From Octopus vulgaris (Eukaryota), in assembly GCA_951406725.2 (NCBI GenBank), contig OX597825.1, positions 32,178,001 to 32,242,000 on the forward strand: a stretch of DNA of 64,000 nt, given 5' to 3'. Of this stretch, positions 52,197 to 64,000 are shown piece after piece. Numbering within the stretch: position 1 is the first letter of the stretch; each line of letters starts with the position of its first letter. The notes beneath the pieces were generated by a model that had not been told where the DNA came from, ran no database searches, and worked only from the letters and a program-made list of their open reading frames with translations. Both the position numbers and the translations under genes were made by a program.

Positions 52197-53056
52197 AATA
52201 AATAAATATTTATATATATATATATATATATACAGATAAATTGTTCCGAGTTCATATATATATATGTATATATATAAATACAAATAAGAAAATGGAGGAA
52301 CAAATTCATTTCAATCATCAACTTACAGATATTATAATTTCATATTATTTATTAATTATATAAATAGGATATTGGACAACTGATATCCCATAGTGGGTTA
52401 CCCTCATAACCCCTATCTTACTTTGTACTTTATATACAGTTAAATTGTTCTGGGTTCATTCCCACTGCATGGCACCTTGGGCAAGTGTGATCAATAATAG
52501 CCTCGGGCCGACCAAAGCCTGGTGAGTGGATTTGGTAGACAGAAACTGAAAGAAGCTCGTCGTATATATGTGTGTGCTTGTGTGTGTTTGTGTTTGTCCC
52601 CCACCACTGCTTAATAGCTAGTGTTGCTTGTTTACATCCCTGTGACCTAGCAGTTTGGCAAATGAGATATATATATATATATATACATATATATATTGTT
52701 TTATTCATTTGTAAAGGCTTTGGCCATCATCATCATCATGCATGACAGTGATACTCCTTTACAACTATCATGCAATGTCAAGGCCAGAAGAGACAAACAA
52801 ACACACATACACACATGCAATGGGCTTCTTTCAGTTTCTGCCTACTGAATCCCATGACAAGGCTTTGATCAGCCTCGGGTTGTAGTAGAAGACACTTGTC
52901 CAAGGTACCACATAGCGGGACTGAACCCAAAATCATGTGGTTGGAAAGCAAACTTCTCAGTCATATCATCATCATCATAATCATGGAAACTATTAAATCC
53001 ATTCTATTCTTTCTTTTTCAGTTTACTTTTTTCTTCTGCCCCTTTTCATAACTTAG

Positions 53057-53582
53057 GAACAGACGGGGTTTTGGGTTCCATCCCACTGTGTGGTGCCTTG
53101 GGCAAATGTCTTTTACTTTAGCCCTGAGCCTATTGATGGCTTGTGAATAAATTTATTAGATGGAAACTATGTGGAAGCCCATTGTATATGTGCATGTATG
53201 TGTGTGTGGATGTGAACAGACGGGCTTTTGGGTTCAATCCCACTGTGTGGTGCCTTGGGCAAATGTCTTTTACTTTAGCCTTGAGCCTATTGGTGGCTTG
53301 TGAGTAAATTTATTAGATGGAAACTATGTGGAAGCCCATTGTTTGTGTGCATGTATATGTGTGTGTGTGTCTGGATGTGTTTTGTTGGACACTGATTGAA
53401 AACTAGAGTTGGTTTGTTTCTGTCCACATAATTTTGATGTTCAGCAAAAACGAGATCAATTCACTGAGTGCCAGACTACAACTAAGGTTCTCAGCTCAAT
53501 TCTATTGACCAAAACCCATTCAAGGCTATGCCCCAGTATGGCCACAGCCCAATATATGAATAAAGTAAAGAGATAAAAGAAT
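53057..53582 (+). mobile_element. Old SINE B with a 157-bp tandem duplication of its 5' half
   Basis: Units start at 53057 and 53214 and share private substitutions. Confidence 0.85.
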
Positions 53583-53969
53583 ATTGTTGCCTTAATTTCT
53601 GATTTATTTTTTATTGTTTTTTAGAATGTTGCCACAGCTGTTGTTGCTTTTGAAGCTCTTGTTGTTGTTACTGTTCCATCACTTTTAATCCACTCCTATG
53701 CAAACAAACATCACATGGTCTCTCTCTCACACACATTCATATATATATATATATATATGAATGTATAATGAAAGGGTTCACACACTGGAAAAAAGCTTCT
53801 CAAAAAAGTGTTTGTAACATCCTCTTTTCCATAACATTTTTTAAAAAAAGATTATTTTTTTTTAGAAAAATCACCTTTACACTTCAAAAACTGTATTAAG
53901 TAATCCTCATAGAGTTTCAAACATATATATGCTTATATATATGTGCTTATATATATATATGCACATATG

Positions 53970-54048
<79 letters not shown>

Positions 54049-54251
54049 GCATACATACATATAAATGCATATATATATATATGTATATATATATACATAT
54101 ATATACATATATATATATCTATGTATATATATATATATACATATATATATGTGTGTGTATATATGTATATATATATGTTTTATACTCACACACCCACCAT
54201 GCACTTTTCCAAGCCATGCTTGCACATATACACATAAGTTGCACAAAACAT

Positions 54252-54291
<40 letters not shown>

Positions 54292-55233
54292 ACACTCACA
54301 GAGGTTCATTGAACACACCCACGCACACATGTGCATACAAATATATTTTGCCTTTCTCTTTCTCTAATCTTTTAATAAATATAATCCGTCAGAGAGATAT
54401 CTTCCGATATCTTTGCAGCTTCCTAAAGCTCAGGCTTTCTTCATAAGAAGAATAACTATGGCACACTCAACTCTTTTATCTTCTTCTTATTTTTCCTCCT
54501 CTTCCTCCACCAACCCTCACCAACCTTACTTAGCCTTCTTACTCCCCCCCCCCATTCCATTTGCCTATTTCCATGTCATACCTTTCCCCACTACCCTTAC
54601 ATTCTGTTTAATATTGATTGCTCTTCTTTCTCTTTTGCATGTGCTTATGGCAACAGCCTCTAACTAGTCTCGCTTTCTTTCTCTCTTTATATATACATAT
54701 ATCTATATCTATCTTCCACTTCCATTCTTCCCATCCATTTAACTATATATATATCCATCCAACCATCTGTGTGAACATGTGCCATATACATACATATATA
54801 TATATATACATACACACACACATATATATATATATACACACACATACATACACACACAAACATAAATACATACATACATACATACATACATACATACATG
54901 CATATATGTATATATTATATATACACACACCCAACATGCATTAACAGAAAAGGACTGGATTGAACTGAATGCATGCCTACCTACCTACCTACCTACCTAC
55001 ACATATACATAAGGCAGTGAGTTGGCAGAGTTGTTACAGTGTTGGTTAAACTGTCTGCATGATTTTTGTTTTGGCTTTCTGTGCTTTGAGTTCAAAACCT
55101 ATCCAAATCACTTTTGTTTTATATCTACGTCATGTCTTCTACTATAGACCAGTGCTAACCAATGCTTTGTGTGAGAATTTGGAAGATAGATACTGTGTGG
55201 AAGCCCACTGTATATATATATATCTATCAATTT

Positions 55234-55467
55234 GAAGGCGGCAAGCTGGCAGAATCATTAGCAAATCAGGCAAAATGCGTAGCCATATTTTGTCTGTTGT
55301 TACGTTCTGAGTTCAAATTCTGCCGAGGTCAACTTTGCCTTTCATCCTTTCGGGGTCGATAAATTAAGTACCAGTTACGCACTGGGGTCGATGTAATCTA
55401 CTTAATCCATTTGTCTGTCCTTGTTTGTCTTCTCTGTATTTAGCCCCTTGTGGGTAGTAAAAAAATA
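55234..55467 (+). mobile_element. SINE family A
   Basis: Homology. Confidence 0.88.
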
Positions 55468-55589
55468 TGTAAATATATATATATATCAATCGATCAATCA
55501 ATCAATCAATCCATCCATCTAAATACATCATCATCATTTAAAGTCTGTTTTCCATACATATATAATAATTATATATACACACACATATT

Positions 55590-55986
55590 ATTTTACTTGT
55601 TACAATCTTTTGACTGCAGCCATGCTGGCGCACCACCTTTAGTCAAACATATTGACCCCAGAACTTATTCTTTGTAACCCTAGTACTTATTTTATCAGTC
55701 TCTTTTGCTGGACTACTAAGTTACAGTGATGTAAATACACCAACATCGGTTGTCTGGCAATGGTGAAGGGACAAACAGAAACACAGAAACACACACACAC
55801 ACACAGACACACACACACACACATACATAATGGGCTACTTTCAGTTTCAGTCTACCAAATCCACTCACAGGACTTTGGTTGGCCCAAGGCTATAGTAGAA
55901 GACACTTGCCCAAGGTGCCATGCTGTGGGACTGAACCTGGAACCATGTGGTTGATAAGCAAGCTTCTTATTACACAGCCACTCCTT
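55590..55986 (-). mobile_element. SINE family B
   Basis: Homology. Confidence 0.88.
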
Positions 55987-56154
55987 CTTTTTTCCATTGA
56001 GGGTTTATATGCCCTAAAATTAGACTATTTACCTTTGCCAATGCACAGTGGTCGTCTACAAGCTTTAAGCTTATAAAATATTATTATTATTTTTTACATA
56101 TACATACATACATATATATATACATACACACACACTATGTATGTATACATATAT

Positions 56155-56316
56155 GGTATAGGAGTGGCTGTGTGGTAAGTTGCTTGCTTACCAACCACAT
56201 GGTTCTGGGTTCAGTCCCACTTCGTGGCACCTTGGGCAAGTGTCTTCTACTATAGCCTCAGGCCGGCCAAAGCTTTGTGAGTGGATTTGGTAGATGGAAA
56301 CTGAAAGAAGCCCATC

Positions 56317-56402
<86 letters not shown>

Positions 56403-56591
56403 TTGTCCCCCCAATATCGCTTGATAACCGATGCTGGTGTATTTACATCCCCGTAACTTAGCGGTTTGGCATAAGAGACCGATAGAATAAGTACTAGGCT
56501 TACAAAGAATAAATCTTGGGGTCAATTTGCTCGATTAAAAGGTGATGCTCCAGCATGGCCGCAGTCAAATGACTGAAACCAGTAAAAGAGT
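56155..56591 (+). mobile_element. SINE family B
   Basis: Homology. Confidence 0.9.
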
Positions 56592-56888
56592 ATATAATAT
56601 ACACATGCCCACATATGTATGTGTCTTTGTGTTTGTCTCCCACCACTTAGCAATCAGTAAATGCCAAACTTAAAAAATAAGTTCCAGAGTTGATTTGATT
56701 GACTGACCCCTTCAAGATGATGCCCCAACATGGCAGCAGTCCTATGTCTGAAACAAATAAAGGATTAAAATCAATAAAAGCATTTACACGTACTATCTGA
56801 TTATCTTACCTTATACTCGCAGACAGACATTTGCATGCATGCACATGTTTACACTCAAATGCATACACTCAGACAGACACTGTTGCAT

Positions 56889-56919
<31 letters not shown>

Positions 56920-57422
56920 AAGAGACAAATGATATTGATTGAATATATCTGTAAAATTAAGCATTAATGTAAATGGTTGGGGCAGCAAATATATATATTT
57001 TATATCTGGTGTCTTTCCGCTTTATGTCAATCACTTCTCAACACAGTAACACCTGGCCTAGTCAATCAGATGTCTACAGTTCATCTGGTTTTCTGGATTT
57101 CCACCTTGTTAACCTTCATGAAGAAACTCCAATTACCTTAGCTTTCAAACATAGCCACTTTCTATATACTGTTCATCACAAGAAATAAAATAATGTATAT
57201 CTATCTATCTGTCACCCTGTCTCTGTAATATGTTAGCAATTTTTTTCCTTCTTCATCTTGGACTTTCTTGCTTTTCCTGTTTCTGAAGAAGAGCTATGCT
57301 CATAATGTAAAACTACTATTCTTTTCTTTCTCTGAGCATCAATACATTGCTTGTGCCATGGCCAAACGTTTGTTTGTTTTTTTCCTTTTCTGTTCTCTGT
57401 GTTTTTTGAATTGACTATACTG

Positions 57423-57491
<69 letters not shown>

Positions 57492-58487
57492 TGTATCATA
57501 GTTAGTTTGTTGTTAAGGTATAAATACAAATAAATTTTTAAAAAACATAATAGAAGACTCAAAAAAAAACCTACATATGTTTCGAATCTGGCCCCTTGGT
57601 AATGCATAATTCAAAGCATTTGGGTTAAATCCAGTGTTAAGAATTTAAGCTGTAAGAGTTTTTGTTTTAATAATAATGAAGGTTACATTTTTCTTGAAGG
57701 GATGCACATCTACAACTAGATATAAATAAATTAACCATACATCCTCAACACCTTATTTTTTTTACATTATTAATTTTACCTATCATTATAATCCATAAAG
57801 CATTGTGGAAATATTCTTCTAATGTGATGGAGATTAAACCAGTGAAATTTTGGATTTATTAATACCTAATGAGAATAAGATATCCTCAAATAGGCTATAT
57901 ATATATAAAGGAAAAGAAAATAGGATTTGGATAAAAAGGATTTATTTAGTGCCTTTGTCCCTTTAGGGGTTCATCATGAATGATGATTCCCTAAAAGGGA
58001 CAGAAGCAAAAATCCTGACTGTTTCCCATTTCTTAATAAATAAAATTTGTACACCACTTCAAACTATATATATATGCACACACAAATATAAAATATTTAT
58101 GTATTCATTCATTCTATGTTCATTTTTCCATGCTAGTATGGGTTAAACAAATATGTTATTGAGGCATTATTTTACAGCCAGATGTCCATCCTGACAAGAA
58201 TCCTAGCCTGTTTCTTTTAGTTAGGGATCCTTTTTCCTGCTGGGTTTTAAAGGTATGCTGCAGTTTTATGGCTTATTGACAGGAGAAATGCTAACAAAAC
58301 ACTGCACAAACTATTGTGATATTTTGTATAAGTGGCAGTTGTAAACACATACACATGCTCTCTCTCTCACAAACACACACACACACACACACATACAATG
58401 GTTTTCTAAAATCCAAACCATATGGTTGGGAAAGGAACTTAACTAAACAGCCATGCCTATATACGCATACATACATACATACATACA

Positions 58488-59381
58488 TATATGGTCTGAT
58501 CAATAAGTATTCAGACTGTTGCCATAGTAACGAAGCTAAAGCACAGAGAGGGAAGCCATTTGATACAGATTGACCTCAAACTCTGCTGTGCATGCACACT
58601 AAGTTTTAGCCCTTTATCTCACTTTTGCTGTTTATAGCATTGTTTGGAAGGAATGTGTATAGTATGTGATTGTCGTATTGACCATGACAGAGAAAGTTGA
58701 GCAGGGAATCTGCATCAAATTTTGTCAAAAGCTTGACAATACCTGCTCAGTGGCCTACACTAAGTTTTTAAAAAGTTTTCATCATTCTCATCACAATCAA
58801 GATCTTGAGCAACTGAAGCCGGAATGTCTTTTTGGTCAGCTGAAAGCAGTTTTGGCACAAACCTGGCAGAACAGGTCTCATACCAAAATCTTCAGTGATA
58901 ATGGACTGAACTGAACCATAACTAATCTGCACATCCTCTGATAACTCACAGATGGTGATTCGATGATTTCACCTCACAGCTGCATGCACATCTGCAATGT
59001 TTTTCTCAGTTCTGCTGGTTGTAGGTCTCCCAGAATGTTCATCAGTATTGACATTTTTTGGCCATCTCAGAAATGTTTGAACCATTCGTACACCTGATTG
59101 TGGCTCATACACTCCTCTCCATACACTTTCTGCAACTTTGCATAGGTCTCTGAGGAGGTATTGCCATGACAACTTCCTCTATCAGGGTCAATGTGATAAT
59201 CACCTGCTACACACATTCCTTCCAAGCACTGCTGTAAACAGTGGAAGTGAGCTAGAACATTAAAACTTAGTGCATATGCACAGCAGAGTTCAAGGTCAAT
59301 CTGTGCCAAGCAGCTTTACTCTGCATGCTTTAGCTTTGTTACTATGGCAACTATTCAGATACTTATTAATCAGGCCTTATA
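58488..59381. mobile_element. Mariner derivative made of two inverted 5' ends
   Basis: TA-bounded inverted arms of ~250 bp; + arm encodes MTEKVEQGICIKFCQKL, - arm encodes SETYAKLQKVYGEECMSHNQVYEWFKHF..DEHSGRPTTS. Confidence 0.85.
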
Positions 59382-59647
59382 CATACATACATTAGTTTGT
59401 CCATCGTTGTTGATGATGACAAAGGATATCCCATGGATGAAGATGAAGGAACATGGTGTATCTGGCTGTTGCCAATCTGTCCAATTTGCTTGGAAGTCTC
59501 TGCCACAAGTCATCAGGCATTTGTGGCATGTTAGGAAATTCCTAGCCCTTTAAGATAAGCATTTTCCCCTAAATCAAAGTTTTCAACAAATGTTCTATGA
59601 AAATCAGTTACAGATCTTCTTGTAACCTGAAAGAAATACCACCAGCA

Positions 59648-59877
59648 TTTTGGCAAGCTGGCAGAAACGTTAGCATGCCGAGCAAAATGCTTAGCAGTAT
59701 TTCGTCTGCTGTTACGTTCTGAGTTCAAATTCCACTGAGGTCGACTTTGCCTTTCATCCTTTTGGGGTCGATAAATTAAGTACCTGTTACACACTGGGTC
59801 GATCTAATGGATTTAATCCTTTTTAATGTCCTTGCTTGTCCCCTCTATGTTTAGCCCCTTGTGGGCAATAAAGAAAT
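59648..59877 (+). mobile_element. SINE family A
   Basis: 17-bp TSD AAGAAATACCACCAGCA at 59631-59647 and 59878-59894. Confidence 0.92.
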
Positions 59878-59932
59878 AAGAAATACCACCAGCAGTCAAA
59901 CGTGGTATTACAGATTGTTCTTCTTAATAATC

Positions 59933-60127
59933 TAACCCTTTTTGATAGCAATCTACCTGAGACCGCCCTTGGTTCTATGGTTTTTGGTTCCTGTTTAAAG
60001 TGACTGAAATTAAAATTTCCTATTAAAATTTCATGTTAGTTTATATTCCAGACATTAAGTTATTTTATGAAATTAATTGAAACGAGCAAAGTATATATCA
60101 AGAGAAATACTGTAACAAAAAGGTTAA
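59933..60127 (+). mobile_element. TTAA-flanked MITE family 2
   Basis: TAACCCTTTT...AAAAAGGTTAA. Confidence 0.6.
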
Positions 60128-61049
60128 GGAAAAAGGCTATGTATACCAGATGACTTTTTTGGGTCCCTTCCTAGATTGCGAGTGTCTGTTCATACAAACC
60201 TATGTTGGAACTAGAGAACTTTCTTTTAATAGGTCTAATTGGAGCCTAGTTTTGTTCCTAATGCTATTATTTCTATTTCTTAAGATCTTTTTATTTATGA
60301 AATCTATTTCTGTTTCTGGTGAATTTACAGCTACAGTTATTAGCAAAGTCTACCTTGTGGACTTTTAAACTAATGAATGCTTTCCACTTAGCTAGACAGT
60401 CTATTCTCAGATCCATTTTGATGTTATTAGCAATTGATTAGCTACTTTGTTAATTTTGTAATAAGTTTTAGCATTGGTTTCTTACATTTCATATGAAATG
60501 AAAAACTGCCTATATTTACTGTTATTTACTTTATATTGGTTCGTATCATAAGAGAAGATAAAATATTATTAGAGGACCTAATTTTTTTAATATTCCCGGC
60601 CGTCATCATCATCATTTAACATTAATTTTCCATGCTGGCATGGGTTGGATGGGTTGACAGGTGTCTAATGCCAGAGGACTGCACCATGCACCACTGTCTG
60701 TTTTGGCATGGCTTTTATGGCTGGATGCCAACCACTTTACAGATGAGTTTAAGAAGGAAGAGAGTTGAAATACTTATGGAAATTTAAATTTGTCACTATT
60801 TGTAGGAATTTGGGCTCACAGGGAATTCTCTTTTTGTAAATATATTGGCTCCATGAAACTTATTTAGCATGTTGTACATTTGTATATCCTAAGTACTGTA
60901 TAAAGATTATAAATATGTATGCATGTATACATATATGCATGCATGTATGTAATGTGTGTATGTGTGTGTGTGAGAGAGAGATAGAGAGAGGGAGAAGTTC
61001 TTCACAGTTGTAATGGCTGATACTTATTTACCAATTGTTGTCTTCTGTA

Positions 61050-61215
61050 AGCATCTTGTTTGTGTCTTTGGAGTCCCCTCTCTTGATATTACATCTAATC
61101 CTTCAAACAACCAATTTTTTTACGCTCAGCTCATATTTGCTTTTCTATTCATGCACACTAATATTACACATCCAGTGAAGCATTCTCATCTCATTTCTTT
61201 TCAGCTTTCCTACTT
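61050..61215 (-). mobile_element. RTE LINE ORF fragment, degenerate
   Basis: KLKRNEMRMLHWMCNISVHE, homologous to 38313-38420. Confidence 0.6.
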
Positions 61216-61458
61216 TTCTTTTGTTGTTGTTTTTTTTTTGTTTTTGCATCCGGTGCCAATCTACCAATGGTACACTCTGCATAAAGTGTCGTGCAGTTTG
61301 TCTTTCATTCACAGAAAAAATGCTTCTGTTGCCAACAGAGGTAAATAACTCCCTGGACTGATCCCTCTCCCTTATTACACTGGTTGCTACGTTTTCAAAA
61401 TCCCCTTCTCTACTACTAGTTAGGTCAATCTTAATTTGGGTGGAGAAGGGCATCCAAA

Positions 61459-62000
61459 TCATCATCATCATCATCATCGTTTAATGTCCGCTTTCCATGC
61501 TAGCATGGGTTGGACGATTTGACTGAGGGCTGGTGAACCCGATGGCTGCACCAGGCTTCAATCTTGATATGGCAGAGTTTTTACAGCTGGATGCCCTTCC
61601 TAACGCCAACTACTCTGAGAGTGTAGTGGTTGCTTTTACATGCCACCGGTACAGGGCCAGTCAGGTGGTACTGGCAACAACCTTGCTTGAATTTTTTACA
61701 CATGCCACTGGCACAGGTACCAGTAAGGTGATGCTGGTAATGATCACGCTCGAATGGTGTCTTTTATGTGCCACTGGCATGGAGGCCAGATAGCCACTTT
61801 GGCAATGATCACACTTGGATGGTGCTCTTAACACCCTACTAGCATGGGGCTCAAGTGCCAGTAAGGCGATGCTGGTAACAATCATACTCAAATGGTGCCT
61901 TTTATGTGCCACTGGCACAGAGGCTGTTTAGCTGCTCTGTCAACGCTCACACTTGTATGGTGCTCTTTGCACCCCGCTAGCATGGACACCAGTCATTGAA
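61459..62000 (-). mobile_element. RTE LINE 3' UTR with internal tandem repeats
   Basis: (CAT)n followed by GTTTAATGTCCGCTTTCCATGCTAGCATGGG; repeated TGCCACTGGCA units. Confidence 0.8.
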
Positions 62001-62363
62001 TTTTAAATTTTGATTGTGAAGGAATATATTTTATGGTTGTGCTTCTTTCTAACAAATTTTTTTCCACCTTCTACATTCAAAGCCTTTCCAGTTTGTGGTC
62101 CTTTTGTATCTCTTATTCATACATCATTTACTTTAGTTATGTCATACAGCTCTCACTTTAAATGACTGGTCATCTTTTTTGTTGGGTCAAGTTGGTGTTG
62201 ACCTTCTTTCTCTTACACATCCCTCTCATTCACCAACCTTGCAGGGCAGCATTTCCGCACTTCTATTTTTCTGTCCATGTCAGTGAAGGATATTCATTAC
62301 ATTTACACTCCTCACCACCAATAACTGACTCATTCATTTTTATATGTCTTCTATTATAACCCT

Positions 62364-62681
62364 GTGGTGGCGCAATGGCCCAGTGGTTTGGGCAGTGGAC
62401 ACGCGGTTGGAGGATCACGGTTTTGATACGCAGACCAGGCATTGTGTGTGTTTATTGAGCGAAAACACCTAAAAGCTCCACGAGGCTCTGGCAGGGGATG
62501 GTGGCGACCCCTGTTGTATTCTTTCGCCCCAACTTTCTCTCTCACTCTTTTCCTGTTTCTTGAGTAACGCTGCGATGGACTGGCATCCCATCCAGCTGAT
62601 GGGAACACATACGCCTCAGAAACCGGGAAACTGGAACCATGAGCCTGGCTAGGCTTGAAAAAGGGGCATAAATAAATAATA
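62364..62681 (+). mobile_element. SINE family C inserted in a SINE B
   Basis: 11-bp TSD ATTATAACCCT at 62353-62363 and 62682-62692. Confidence 0.88.
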
Positions 62682-63768
62682 ATTATAACCCTAGGCTGAC
62701 CAAAGCCTTGTGAGTGGATTTGGTTGACAAAAACTAAAAACAAGCCTGTTACACACACACACATACACACACGTGTGTGTGTGTATGTGTGCCTCCTTTC
62801 TTCAGCATCACATGATAATTGCAAACAAATGTCAATATCTAATAAGTAGTGTCATTTGTTTCCAATCTTATGTGAAAGAAATTTTTGACCATGGGGAAAT
62901 GTTACCTTTCTTGGAAAGAATTGACTAGCTACAGGAAGGACATCCAGCTGTAGAAAATTTGCCTCACGGAAATTTGTCTGACCCATGTAAGCATTGAAAA
63001 GCAGACATTAAAATGATGATGATGATACGACCAGCTGCTCCAGCCTGGCCACCCAACTACTATGTATAGAATTAACATGGTAAGTGTTAACCATGCATTC
63101 ACAATTATTGATTTTACTGTTATGTTTTAAGCATCACTTTGTTTTTATACAGTTGTTATGTCCTTCCTTTCACAAACCACTTTATAGCATAGTACAAGTG
63201 CATTTGATCATCCCACCTTCATTAAAAATATTGTCTGGTAGGGGCTGATGTATCTCCTCAACACTGAATCAATTTTTTTTCTGTGTGCTTCCCTCTTTGC
63301 CAGGTTTTCTTCACTGTAGCTTTCTGAGGCAACATTTCTCCTGTGAAGAATTTTATTCAGAGTTCCTGCTGTCTTAGGCAGGTTGCCTTCTTCCCTGTTT
63401 CTCAGTGACTTGCAAACATCCCATCAGCCCTCTATGACGACACGGTAATATATTTAATTACTTGTAACTGTTGCAGTTTACTCCATATTTTTTTGTGAGG
63501 TAATTGGGGCGAGGCTATCTCTATGGTAGAAGTGGGGAAAGGATTGACTGGTAGATTCCATGGCACAGGGTAGGGCGGTTAGCTTGGAAGCTGAGCAAAG
63601 ACGTTTCATCATTGCTGTAATAGTCTGAGTAATGATGAGTAAGTGTTGTCAGGACTATGGATGGAGGCAAGAGAATGTGAATGGTTGGGGGTGATGAGTT
63701 GTATTTGCATTTCATCTCCACATAGGGAGAATATCAATATATATATATGTATACATATAATATATATA

Positions 63769-63822
<54 letters not shown>

Positions 63823-64000
63823 TACAATCTATGGCAGTCAGGAGAAGCCCTTAATAATGATGAAGTGGCAGAGATAATGATTATTCACTTCCTTGAAGTT
63901 TCCTTGTGGTTCCCATGTGGGTTTTCTTTGAGGAGAGAATGATAATAACTCACCATGTGTGGGCATCACCATTGTTGATATGACGGATCACCTGCCTAAA

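Overview
AT-rich, very repeat-dense animal DNA that is intronic or intergenic. I found no credible host protein-coding exon, and nearly all listed ORFs are translations of microsatellites or repeats. The repeat landscape resembles that of coleoid cephalopods (Octopus); this is inferred from remembered SINE families, not from a search. The window holds several tRNA-derived SINE families, RTE and R4/Dong LINE fragments, mariner/Tc1 relics, TTAA-flanked MITEs, a Helitron and very long microsatellites. The main findings are: (1) three unrelated inverted-repeat elements carry a minimal Penelope-type hammerhead-ribozyme layout whose 3:8 core pair covaries (C:G, U:A, G:C), and one of them also has a tRNA-type Pol III head; (2) a TSD-flanked bipartite non-autonomous RTE element; (3) repeated short insertions apparently copied from nearby DNA, two of which build a nested ~2.3-kb fold-back. 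All coordinates were read by eye, so allow a few bp of error.
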